Assembly (NCBI GenBank): GCA_977020255.1
Contig: CDROCS010001674.1
Span: forward strand, 186,001-250,000
Reading direction: 5' to 3'
DNA: 64,000 bases
Source of the DNA: Obrimoposthia wandeli
Taxonomy: Eukaryota
The notes under the pieces were generated by a model. It made no database searches and had not been told where the DNA came from. It saw only the letters and a list, made by a program, of their open reading frames with translations. The translations under genes were made by a program, and so were the position numbers. Of the stretch, positions 39,186-48,300 are shown in pieces. The number at the start of each line of letters is the position of its first letter. Within the stretch, counting starts at the first letter, position 1.

Positions 39186-39272
39186 GCCCTGGTGGTGGAA
39201 TTGGTAGACACAAGGGATTTAAAATCCCTCGGCGTTCGCGCTGTGCCGGTTCAAGTCCGGCCCGGGGCACCA
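39186..39272 (+). tRNA. tRNA-Leu (TAA)
   Basis: 87 nt, long variable arm, anticodon TAA, CCA. Confidence 0.96.
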
Positions 39273-39304
39273 TCTATTAAAGTCTGTATCGAAAGATATA
39301 GCAT

Positions 39305-39380
39305 GCGACACTAGCTCAGCTGGTAGAGCGCAACCTTGCCAAGGTTGAGGTCACGAGTTCGAGCCTCGTGTGTCGCTCCA
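39305..39380 (+). tRNA. tRNA-Gly (GCC), identical second copy
   Basis: Same 76-nt sequence as 39004-39079. Confidence 0.96.
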
Positions 39381-39386
39381 AATACG

Positions 39387-39419
39387 AAGCCCCGACAGGA
39401 ATGTCGGGGCTTTTTATTT
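39387..39419 (+). terminator. Intrinsic terminator of the tRNA operon (repeated in every downstream unit)
   Basis: AGCCCCGAC-aggaat-GTCGGGGCT followed by TTTTATTT. Confidence 0.9.
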
Positions 39420-39439
39420 ATTGGTCCTTTTTACAGCAT

Positions 39440-40086
39440 GCGACACTAACTCAGCTGGTAGAGAACAACCTTGCCAAGGTTGAGGTCACGCCTAAGCCTT
39501 GAAGATCGGGAGCCTCGTGTGTCGCTCCAAATACGAAGCCCCGACAGGAATGTCGGGGCTTTTTATTTATTGGTCCTTTTTACAGCATGCGACACTAACT
39601 CAGCTGGTAGAGAACAACCTTGCCAAGGTTGAGGTCACGCCTAAGCCTTGAAGATCGGGAGCCTCGTGTGTCGCTCCAAATACGAAGCCCCGACAGGAAT
39701 GTCGGGGCTTTTTATTTATTGGTCCTTTTTACAGCATGCGACACTAACTCAGCTGGTAGAGAACAACCTTGCCAAGGTTGAGGTCACGCCTAAGCCTTTG
39801 AGATCGGGAGCCTCGTGTGTCGCTCCAAATACGAAGCCCCGACAGGAATGTCGGGGCTTTTTATTTATTGGTCCTTTTTACAGCATGCGACACTAACTCA
39901 GCTGGTAGAGAACAACCTTGCCAAGGTTGAGGTCACGCCTAAGCCTTGAAGATCGGGAGCCTCGTGTGTCGCTCCAAATACGAAGCCCCGACAGGAATGT
40001 CGGGGCTTTTTATTTATTGGTCCTTTTTACAGCATGCGACACTAACTCAGCTGGTAGAGAACAACCTTACCAAGGTTGAGGTCACG
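39440..40086 (+). repeat. Tandem array of 149-bp pseudo-tRNA-Gly plus terminator units (4 full, 1 partial)
   Basis: Unit starts at 39440, 39589, 39738, 39887 and 40036; AGTTC of the T-arm is replaced by a 19-nt insert; the D-stem carries two substitutions. Confidence 0.92.
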
Positions 40087-40133
40087 CCTAAGCCTTGAAG
40101 ATTCGACCTTGCTTAGAGCCCAGCAAACCCTCG
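40087..40133 (+). mobile_element. Fragment of the MITE family fused to the last pseudo-tRNA
   Basis: 40088-40133 aligns without gaps to 3118-3163; the last 27 nt are 23/27 identical. Confidence 0.6.
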
Positions 40134-40152
40134 TTTACGAATTTGAAGGCGA

Positions 40153-40314
40153 TTATTTCATAAAGCAGCTTTTTGCATACTCAGTTGCTTCATTTGCCGT
40201 CCAGTCACCTTTTGGCTTGTCTTTTATTTCTTTACACCAATCTTCGCTGCCTATTTCCGGTGCGCAAGCAGATAATACAAAAACAGCTGTTATTAGTACT
40301 AGAATTTTTTTCAT
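40153..40314 (-). CDS. Small lipoprotein, DUF3012-like (53 aa; absent from the ORF track)
   Basis: Hand translation MKKILVLITAVFVLSAC-APEIGSEDWCKEIKDKPKGDWTANEATEYAKSCFMK; GAAGGG RBS. Confidence 0.85.
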   Translation of the reverse strand: MKKILVLITAVFVLSACAPEIGSEDWCKEIKDKPKGDWTANEATEYAKSCFMK

Positions 40315-40554
40315 TGTTTTCCCTTCAATTCATTAGTAGAAACTTGCTTATAAGCGTCACATTGATTAGTTGTGTATTCAAATGATAAATTATTAGTGTA
40401 GATAAAAGCGTTTTTTATGATATGACTTGATTAACAATAGACTTGTTGTGAAGCCATTTTAGAAAATAGCGCTTTTAATCTATTGTTATAACATGTTGTC
40501 AGTGTTTCGATGTTTTATACGCTGTGTTGTTAATTTTATAAGCAAGGATTCGCG

Positions 40555-41310
40555 ATGAAATTGAACTGCGATATGGGTGAAAGTTACGGTCCGTGGCAAA
40601 TGGGGAATGACGAAAAAGTTATGCCATTTATCGATATGGCAAATATTGCCTGCGGTTTTCACGCTTCCGATCCTGATATTATGGCGCAAACCGTTGAGTG
40701 GGCAACCACCTACCAAGTACAAATAGGCGCTCACCCCGGTTACGATGACAAGCTTGGTTTTGGACGACGTAGCATCCCTCATGCTCCACCATCAATAACC
40801 CATTTAATCGCCTATCAAGTGGGGGCTTTAGATGGAATTTGTCGATTGCATAATACCAAGGTGTCTTATGTTAAGCCTCATGGCGCTTTATATAATGACA
40901 TGATGGCAAACCGTGATATTTTCGAATCGATAGTAAAAGCTATTTCCGGTTTGAATGTTGATCGAATCAAAGATGCACCGTCTAATGCACTTAAATTGAT
41001 GATTTTAGCACGAGCCGATAATTCAGCTTATCAAGCAATAGCCGAACAATATCATGTAGAGCTACTGGAAGAAGCCTTTGCTGATCGTGCATATAATTCT
41101 GATGGTTCTTTGGTTTCACGAGCACAAATTGGTGCGGTTCACCACAGTCCAGAAAGAATTAAACTTCAAGTGATCCAATTATCTCAAGGCTATGTTGTCA
41201 CGCTTGATGGGCAACGATTGGCGCTTCATGCAGATACTGTATGTGTACATGGCGATAATGAAACATCAATTGAGAGCATAGCAGAATTACATAAGGTACT
41301 TAATCCATGA
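40555..41310 (+). CDS. pxpA: 5-oxoprolinase subunit A (LamB/YcsF family)
   Basis: LNCDMGESYG, ANIACGFHASDP, GAHPGY, KPHGALYN, EAFADR, VCVHGD. Confidence 0.93.
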   Translation: MKLNCDMGESYGPWQMGNDEKVMPFIDMANIACGFHASDPDIMAQTVEWATTYQVQIGAHPGYDDKLGFGRRSIPHAPPSITHLIAYQVGALDGICRLHNTKVSYVKPHGALYNDMMANRDIFESIVKAISGLNVDRIKDAPSNALKLMILARADNSAYQAIAEQYHVELLEEAFADRAYNSDGSLVSRAQIGAVHHSPERIKLQVIQLSQGYVVTLDGQRLALHADTVCVHGDNETSIESIAELHKVLNP

Positions 41311-42038
41311 TAAAGATTGAGCCTGTATCTGAAACCAGCCTGATTATTTATTTAGGCGATCAAATTGATCTGCAATTAACACCGGTGATCGCACAGTTAA
41401 CTCATTATCTAGATCAGCATTTTTCTGAGCAGTTGATTGATGTAACGCCTTCCTATACGTCCATTTTGGTCCAGTATCATCCTTTAAAGATCAACTTTAA
41501 AACCATCCAAGTCAGCGTATTGGCTTGGGCGAAAAAAGAACTTAAGTCGAAAAAAAATCGTAAGCTAAACAGCAACGATCAATGCACAATCAGTAGCGGT
41601 AAAACCATTACGCTTCCCGTGTATTATGATGTAAGCGTCGGGCCTGATTTAGCGTCGTTAGCCAAAGAAAAATATCTTTCAATAGAACAAGTCATTACCT
41701 TACATCAGCAGAAAACATACACAGTATGCGCCATTGGTTTTGCACCTGGTTTTGCTTTTCTTGCATCTGTAGACAGTTCGATAGCCACTCCTCGGCATGC
41801 CGAACCTCGTTTAAAAATACCCGCAGGTAGTGTTGGCATTGCCGATCAACAGACAGCAGTGTACCCAGATGATTCTCCCGGAGGCTGGCAAATCATTGGT
41901 AACTGCCCTCAGCAATTATTCTCACCGAACACTGACCCCATTTCACCGTTTGAAGTCGGGGATAAAGTGACCTTTGAAGCGATTGACCGTCAAACATTCT
42001 TAGATCTTGGAGGAGAAATATGGCCGCATTGGAAGTAG
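41307..42038 (+). CDS. pxpB: 5-oxoprolinase subunit B
   Basis: PSYTSILV, GPDL, IGFAPGFAFL, AGSVGIA, SPGGWQIIG. Confidence 0.93.
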   Translation: MIKIEPVSETSLIIYLGDQIDLQLTPVIAQLTHYLDQHFSEQLIDVTPSYTSILVQYHPLKINFKTIQVSVLAWAKKELKSKKNRKLNSNDQCTISSGKTITLPVYYDVSVGPDLASLAKEKYLSIEQVITLHQQKTYTVCAIGFAPGFAFLASVDSSIATPRHAEPRLKIPAGSVGIADQQTAVYPDDSPGGWQIIGNCPQQLFSPNTDPISPFEVGDKVTFEAIDRQTFLDLGGEIWPHWK

Positions 42039-42973
42039 TACGTGCTGGTATGTTAACGCTACTGCAAGATGCGGGGCGATTAGGTGTTGCGCAGTTAGGT
42101 TTAAGCCAAGGCGGTGCATTAGATATGCACGCGTATTGCTGGTCGAACTATTTATTGGGTAATGATATGTCGTGCCCACAATTGGAAATGACATTAGGGC
42201 AAGCCAGTTTTAAATCAGATCACGATGTTGTATGCGCGATCACCGGGGCTGATGCCGCTGCCACTATTGATGACATCCCTGTTAAACCTTGGCAAACTTT
42301 TTGTTTACGTAAAGGATCGTTGCTAGCGTTTAATTACCCTAGAAAAGGGCTGCGCACGTATTTAGCTGTAGAGGGAGGTTTTCAATGTGAGCCGTTAATG
42401 GGCAGTGTTTCTACTGTTGTTCGAAATAAAGTGGGGGGGATTGATGGTGGTCGAGCATTACTTGTGGGTGATAAGCTGCCAATGGTTCTTCCATCTTTTA
42501 AAAATGAATCTCATGTTAAGTATGCGCACAAAACGTTATACGTAGCGCCGCGTTTTATTCCGAATGATGAAGTACCATTAACCCTTAGAGTGATTGAATC
42601 GTATCAACATGCATTGTTTTCTGAGCACGATAAGGCAAGGTTTTATTCTAATTCCTACCGTGTAAGCCCGCAGTGCGATCGCATGGGATGTCGCCTTGAT
42701 GGATCGGGTTTGAATACGGCAGTCGATGGTATTATTTCTGAAGGCATTGCGTATGGTGCAATACAAATCCCACCGAATGGATTGCCTATAATTTTGTTCA
42801 ATGACCGGCAGACATTGGGGGGATACCCAAAGTTGGGCTGTGTTGCACGGATTGATATGGCCAAGCTTGCCCAAGCCGTTCCCGGTACAGAGGTACGGTT
42901 CTTGCGTGGAAAGGTAGAAGAACTGCAACAAGAATGGATACAGTTTTCACACTTCTTTGGATTACCGTTTTAG
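42020..42973 (+). CDS. pxpC: 5-oxoprolinase subunit C
   Basis: LLQDAGR, GLRTYLAVEGG, DRMGCRL, GAIQIPPNG, QTLGGYP. Confidence 0.92.
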   Translation: MAALEVVRAGMLTLLQDAGRLGVAQLGLSQGGALDMHAYCWSNYLLGNDMSCPQLEMTLGQASFKSDHDVVCAITGADAAATIDDIPVKPWQTFCLRKGSLLAFNYPRKGLRTYLAVEGGFQCEPLMGSVSTVVRNKVGGIDGGRALLVGDKLPMVLPSFKNESHVKYAHKTLYVAPRFIPNDEVPLTLRVIESYQHALFSEHDKARFYSNSYRVSPQCDRMGCRLDGSGLNTAVDGIISEGIAYGAIQIPPNGLPIILFNDRQTLGGYPKLGCVARIDMAKLAQAVPGTEVRFLRGKVEELQQEWIQFSHFFGLPF

Positions 42974-42992
42974 CGTCAAGAAATATAAGGAC

Positions 42993-43574
42993 ATGAGCAT
43001 TATGTATATTTTTGGTTATGGCAGTTTGATTAACAGCCATTCACGTCAATTAACGGGGCAAACGGGTAAAGCGATTCCTGCGGTAATACACGGTTTACAG
43101 CGTTGTTGGGGAAAAGTCGATGGTCGCTATAAAATAGCGCCGTTAGTGGCAAAACTCGGTGAAGGGCACTGTAATGGCGTATTGGTTGGCGTTGATGACA
43201 TTGCTTTGCAAGAATTTGATCGTAGAGAAAAAGGCTATCACCGTGTGAGTGTCAATCTTGATAGCATTGTGTGTGTTAGCGACGAGTGTATCTTGGAAGA
43301 AGATGAAATCGTTTGGGTGTACGTTAAAGACAATACTGAAGCACCTTGCGAGCATCAACCAATTGTACAGACCTATGTTGATACAGTATTGGCTGGTTGC
43401 TTATCGATTTCGGAATCGTTTGCTAAAACATTTGTGGAAACAACCTATGGCTGGCATCATCCGTTGGAAAACGACCGTCATAATCCTAAGTATGGCAATT
43501 TAGCAGGCGTGCTTGATGAGCATTTATACACAATAGACAGCTTGATTCAACAAGTTAGACTGCCGTTAAAGTAG
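42993..43574 (+). CDS. Gamma-glutamylcyclotransferase (GGCT/ChaC-like) family protein
   Basis: YIFGYGSLIN, CNGVL, FDRREKGY; start at ATG 42993 after an AAGGA RBS. Confidence 0.8.
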   Translation: MSIMYIFGYGSLINSHSRQLTGQTGKAIPAVIHGLQRCWGKVDGRYKIAPLVAKLGEGHCNGVLVGVDDIALQEFDRREKGYHRVSVNLDSIVCVSDECILEEDEIVWVYVKDNTEAPCEHQPIVQTYVDTVLAGCLSISESFAKTFVETTYGWHHPLENDRHNPKYGNLAGVLDEHLYTIDSLIQQVRLPLK

Positions 43575-43632
43575 AACGTCGCAATTTGTTAATGTAGCAA
43601 TACCTTAACTTAGTAAATAGTGTAGAGAGTAA

Positions 43633-43884
43633 ATGGCAAAACCGAACAAAAAAGGTCCAACCAAAACCGTTGATGTATTGTGTGCTGGCTGCAAAGCACA
43701 ATTATTTAAATACCGTAAAGGCGGCAAAGGCGCATTAGTGAAATGCTTTAAAGAACGAATAACGAAAGATTTTACGAATGAACCGTGTATTTGCCCTAAC
43801 TGTAAGGTGCAATTTGCACGTGATACTTTAGTACGAGGCACGCCGGCATATAAAATGATTGGTGGTAAAGTAACCGCCAAATAA
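43633..43884 (+). CDS. Small zinc-ribbon hypothetical protein
   Basis: CAGC...CPNC; GAGAG RBS; basic 83-aa protein. Confidence 0.75.
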   Translation: MAKPNKKGPTKTVDVLCAGCKAQLFKYRKGGKGALVKCFKERITKDFTNEPCICPNCKVQFARDTLVRGTPAYKMIGGKVTAK

Positions 43885-43951
43885 CGGTTGGCGGGGTGAA
43901 TGTGGCATCAATATGGTTGCTTTATGTACTGCTGCACCGCCTGTTAGATAT

Positions 43952-44716
43952 TTACTGTGCTTGTGGCGTAAAGGGTTTAGAGACTATTTTCACTGGAGGG
44001 CACACAACTTTTTTTGAATTTAATGTTGTTTTTAAGTCGAGAATTTTACGCTTATATGTACCAAGTACTAATTGATAATCTAAATCTGGTGCAAACCATA
44101 GGTATAGTTTTCGGTCACTTTTTCTGGTTTGCTCAACCCGAATTGCCTTCAGTTTGCCAAAGTTCGTATTAATCGTTTCTTGTCCTTTTACTTCAAAATA
44201 ATAATGATTTACTTCATCGGCATCTTGCAATAAAAAATCAAACTTTTTCTCGCCATTGATTACATTTAAGCGCATTTGACTTGCCAGTGCATCAGCATCC
44301 AGTAGTGGCATTGAATCGTCTGAAAATGTCATTATTTTACCGTTAGAATCTACGGATGATTTACTGGCATTATCGCTAAATTTAGCCGTGAACTTCCCAG
44401 ATATAAGGCCTTTTACATCCCGATCAAATGACTGAGATATAAAGCTATTTTTTTCTGCTGACCATTTATACGATGAATGCTGTTTCAAAGACGATTTTGT
44501 CACTAATACATCTATATTGCTATAGGTATAAACATTGACGTTGTTATTTTGCCAATTGATTTGCCGTTCAAAAGTGCCGATTTTTGCACCATGGAAAAAA
44601 ACGTTATACGACAGTATTTTCTTACATTGGTGGTATTTTTTAGGCAATTCTGTAGCAGATAGCGATGATGAAAAATCCAGCAGTAAAGCTGTTATCGCTA
44701 AGTAGATGCTTTTCAT
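43952..44716 (-). CDS. Exported DUF3108-like protein
   Basis: Signal peptide; ETINTNFGKLKAIRV and LWFAPDLDYQLV typical of DUF3108. Confidence 0.65.
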   Translation of the reverse strand: MKSIYLAITALLLDFSSSLSATELPKKYHQCKKILSYNVFFHGAKIGTFERQINWQNNNVNVYTYSNIDVLVTKSSLKQHSSYKWSAEKNSFISQSFDRDVKGLISGKFTAKFSDNASKSSVDSNGKIMTFSDDSMPLLDADALASQMRLNVINGEKKFDFLLQDADEVNHYYFEVKGQETINTNFGKLKAIRVEQTRKSDRKLYLWFAPDLDYQLVLGTYKRKILDLKTTLNSKKVVCPPVKIVSKPFTPQAQ

Positions 44717-44904
44717 ACCGCCACCGATTTTTATTCTAACTAAGAATAACTAATCATAGTAAAACGGTAGCATTTAGCGCCAGTTATCGCAAAATCAAGT
44801 TAGATAATAGAAGCATTAAATGACTAAAACGGTCCATTTTAGTCATTAGATAGCACTACTTTTTATACCAAAACTGGCGTTGTTTGTCTTTTTAGTATGC
44901 TGAT

Positions 44905-46452
44905 TTATTTCAGCATTCGCTTAAGGATTTTTCCTGTCGCAGTCATTGGCAACGATTCTAATATTTCAACATGGCGGGGATATTTGTAATCAGCTAAACG
45001 CTCTTTACCCCAATTAACAAATTCTTTAGGGGTTATTTTGCTATCCTCTTTTAGCACCACGAATGCTTTAACTTCTTCACCGTATGTTTTATGAGGTACA
45101 CCAATAACGGCAATCAGATGTACATCTGGATGTGTCATGAAGGTTTCTTCAATATCGCGAGGGTAGATATTGAAACCACCACGAATAATGACTTCTTTTA
45201 AGCGATCGACAACAAACACGTAGCCTTCATCATCAATACGAACAATGTCACCAGTATGAAGCCAACCATTCACAATGGTTTTAGCGGTTTCTTCAGGCTT
45301 CTTATAATACCCTTTCATTACGTTATGTCCGCGAATAAGAAGTTCACCTTTTTCACCTTGCGCGACCTCTACGCCATCTTTATCAACCGCTTTCATCGTA
45401 ACGCCTGGCAATGGCTGTCCGATGCTTCCGGGTTTACGCTTATATTCAAGTAAGTTAAATGCGGCAACAGGTGATGATTCTGATAAACCATAACCTTCAA
45501 TAACAGGAACGTTTAATATTTCTTCGAAGCGCTTTAATATTTCAACTGGCATGGAGGCACCCCCTGAAATAGCGACTTTCATATTTTTTGCAATTTCATC
45601 GATGTATTCACTGCCGTGTTTTTCAGTAAACGCGAGTAAACCGATATACATAGTTGGAACACCAGCAAAATGCGTTACCTTATGGGTGTACATCTGTTGC
45701 ATGACTGTTTTAGGTACAAAGCGTGGAATTAACACTAAAGCGCTGCCAGCGAGAACAGAGGTATTAAGAATCAGAGACTGACCAAATGTATGAAACAGAG
45801 GGAGAACCGCAATACTTACATCTGTGCCTTTTTGGTTTGTTAACGCTTGGCAGGCTTGCGCATTACACAGCATGTTACTTTGGCTTAATTCAGCCCCTTT
45901 AGCATGGCCTGTTGTACCTGAGGTATATAAAATTACACAGCTATCTTCTGCTTTACGATACACCGCATCAAAATGGACCTCTGGTGATGCTAACCACGAA
46001 TTAAAAGCGTGAGTGCCTTCAGGCAAGGCTTCTTGATTATTTTCTGCTTCAATCATGATGAAATGTTTACAGCTGTTAGCTTGCAGAAAGCCATCATAAC
46101 CAAATTGACCTGTTGGTAATGCACTATTCCCTTGGTAACAAATAAGCGCGATAGCATCTGAATCATCAAGATGATAGGCAACTTCAGCTCCCTTCAGCAT
46201 AATATTCAAAGGCACGTTTACAGCACCTACTTTCTGAATTGCATAATAGCTAACGACAAATGCTGGCATGTTTGGGCAAGATAGAGCTACTTTATCATCA
46301 GGTTTAATACCTAATAGTACGAGCTGATTAGCCACTTGGTTAACCATCCGATTAAGCTCTTGGTAGTTGATTTTCTGTTCTTGAAAAATCAACGCAGTGT
46401 TTTTCGGGCAAAAGGTCGCATTGCGCTCTAAATTAGTCGCTAAGTTGTACAT
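44905..46452 (-). CDS. Long-chain fatty acid-CoA ligase (ANL family)
   Basis: YTSGTTGHAKG, EGYGLSE, GWLHTGD, RGGFNIYP, TGKILKR. Confidence 0.92.
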   Translation of the reverse strand: MYNLATNLERNATFCPKNTALIFQEQKINYQELNRMVNQVANQLVLLGIKPDDKVALSCPNMPAFVVSYYAIQKVGAVNVPLNIMLKGAEVAYHLDDSDAIALICYQGNSALPTGQFGYDGFLQANSCKHFIMIEAENNQEALPEGTHAFNSWLASPEVHFDAVYRKAEDSCVILYTSGTTGHAKGAELSQSNMLCNAQACQALTNQKGTDVSIAVLPLFHTFGQSLILNTSVLAGSALVLIPRFVPKTVMQQMYTHKVTHFAGVPTMYIGLLAFTEKHGSEYIDEIAKNMKVAISGGASMPVEILKRFEEILNVPVIEGYGLSESSPVAAFNLLEYKRKPGSIGQPLPGVTMKAVDKDGVEVAQGEKGELLIRGHNVMKGYYKKPEETAKTIVNGWLHTGDIVRIDDEGYVFVVDRLKEVIIRGGFNIYPRDIEETFMTHPDVHLIAVIGVPHKTYGEEVKAFVVLKEDSKITPKEFVNWGKERLADYKYPRHVEILESLPMTATGKILKRMLK

Positions 46453-46569
46453 GATTTTTTTATCTTTTTATGAAGCTGCTTTACGTCTAATCATGTGGCT
46501 TTAAACAATATCGATAGGCGCAAATGAAAACGAACAAGCAAGCGTATTATTTGGATATGATTATTATTT

Positions 46570-46834
46570 TATACCAAAATCACCTCAAGATGCTCGTTTC
46601 AGTGAGCATTTGTAGAGGGCAAACAAGGTATTCATTTAAAAAATGAGTGTTTCTACGTTTAAAATGAGCAACACCGCAGAAAGCCCAGCAAACCACGCCC
46701 TTCGGTAGTGACTTTACGTGTCTACTTCTGTGTTCAATTTGTCTGAAATGGAATGCTATATCTACATACATTTCCCTTGAATTAAACTCGCCGAGAATAC
46801 TCTGAATTCTGCATTTTTAGGTAGATTAGGTATA
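46570..46834. mobile_element. MITE-like repeat, subfamily A, degenerate, opposite orientation to 2931-3196
   Basis: Colinear with the reverse complement of 2931-3196 over 265 bp, with many substitutions. Confidence 0.85.
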
Positions 46835-47273
46835 CATTTTTTGTGATTTTTTTGCGTATTCAAGGCGTGAAAGTACTAATAATGGGCGAGTGACGAGGTG
46901 GTTTAAACCATTTAAGGCTGATATTTCAGATTGAAATGTAAGGTGAATGCTTCGTTTTGATGTATGACAAAGTAGTCAGTTAAGCCTACTAGTACGTTGT
47001 CTTCATCGTCAATACGATGCTATTTATGGTAATGAAATAAAAAGTTAATCAAAGAATTAAAATTTATTAATTCATTTAAATCATGCGGTTATTTCCTTCG
47101 TTATTTTTTTGCTTTGTTGTCTCCATATTTAGACATCAATAAGATGTTGTTTTTGTTATAGAACATGAAATATCGCCATATCAAATATACATGACAAATT
47201 GAAGTCACTAATTTGACGATTTAGGGGGAAGGTTCTATTTTTATTGAGGTTTAATTGAGAGGAGGAATTGAAA

Positions 47274-47492
47274 ATGAAAAAAATGAACTCGTCGTATCGT
47301 TTACAGGTAATAAAAGAAGTAATGACTCGGCGACAGCTTACAGAACAAAATGATCCTATGGCTAATCATATCTCTCAGTTGCTAGATTCTCATGCACATG
47401 ATGACGTGGTCAAAGACGTGCCTCAATTTAGCGGAAGTCATTTTGATGAGCATATTGGTGGCTGGATCAGTAATACGTGGGATTTAAAATAA
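47274..47492 (+). CDS. Small hypothetical protein
   Basis: Strong GGAGGA RBS; ends FSGSHFDEHIGGWISNTW. Confidence 0.65.
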   Translation: MKKMNSSYRLQVIKEVMTRRQLTEQNDPMANHISQLLDSHAHDDVVKDVPQFSGSHFDEHIGGWISNTWDLK

Positions 47493-47719
47493 AAATCATT
47501 CAGTTTATCTGTTTGGTTTTGACGACATAGGGGCGCTAGCTGTATACGCTAAACGCCCTTGTTAGTATTTATAATCGGTAATACCATTTATCTCTATCAA
47601 AATACCATACCTTCTGTAATTTGCCTTTGCGGTAATATATCGGCGTTTTTTCACAGAGAACTGGAACAATATCGGTGACTGCTGTAAATTGATTCGTCAA
47701 TGTTTTGTTAGGTCGATGA

Positions 47720-48193
47720 ATGAACTACGTAGAGTTAGATAAGTATTCTCGCAAGTGGATTTTTACCCACGCATCTATGCCTGTTGCACCCGCAGATTTG
47801 GAAGAAATTAAACCGTTTACCCAAGCGCGCTCTTCACAAATTTGGTCAGAGCATATCAGTAAGCACAGCCCTGATGCTGATCACTTTGAGAAAGGTGATT
47901 GGGCTTCGGATGAAAAGATCTGGAGTGAAGGTACAGATTGGCAAAGCGAGTGGGATAGTGATGACGCCGCTTTGCCCAACGAAGTGCTAGAGTTCATCGA
48001 CTGGGAAGATAATACAACGGTCTTCTTTTGTTATGAAAAATACAATGTAATTGAGACCAAATGGGGCGTATTTAAACGTAATTGGAAGAATTTCTTATTC
48101 TTTGATGGCGGCCCAATGCTGATTGGTCGTAAGAAAAAACAAGTATTATGGTTTAACTCGAATGGCACGTTTAAATCTGGTCTTCGAGAGTAG
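47720..48193 (+). CDS. DUF2947-like protein
   Basis: YSRKWIF, Trp-rich, WKNFLFFDGGP. Confidence 0.7.
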   Translation: MNYVELDKYSRKWIFTHASMPVAPADLEEIKPFTQARSSQIWSEHISKHSPDADHFEKGDWASDEKIWSEGTDWQSEWDSDDAALPNEVLEFIDWEDNTTVFFCYEKYNVIETKWGVFKRNWKNFLFFDGGPMLIGRKKKQVLWFNSNGTFKSGLRE

Positions 48194-48300
48194 GTAGCAT
48201 CATTGTAATATTTACATAGCCGTTATATCAATATTATAAATAGCCTTTCAGATTATTATCCGTAATAATCTGAAATTGGCTTTATTCATCGCTAATATTT

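Noticed and set aside
39440-40086. CRISPR array interpretation of the 149-bp periodic repeat
   Set aside because: Units are identical end to end with no unique spacers, are tRNA-derived, and no cas genes are in the window.
39010-40336. ORFs 39010-39273, 39648-39896 and 40076-40336
   Set aside because: They are shadows of tRNA genes, the repeat array and the antisense lipoprotein gene.
46580-46771. 63-aa ORF
   Set aside because: Lies wholly within the MITE copy and has no transposase features.
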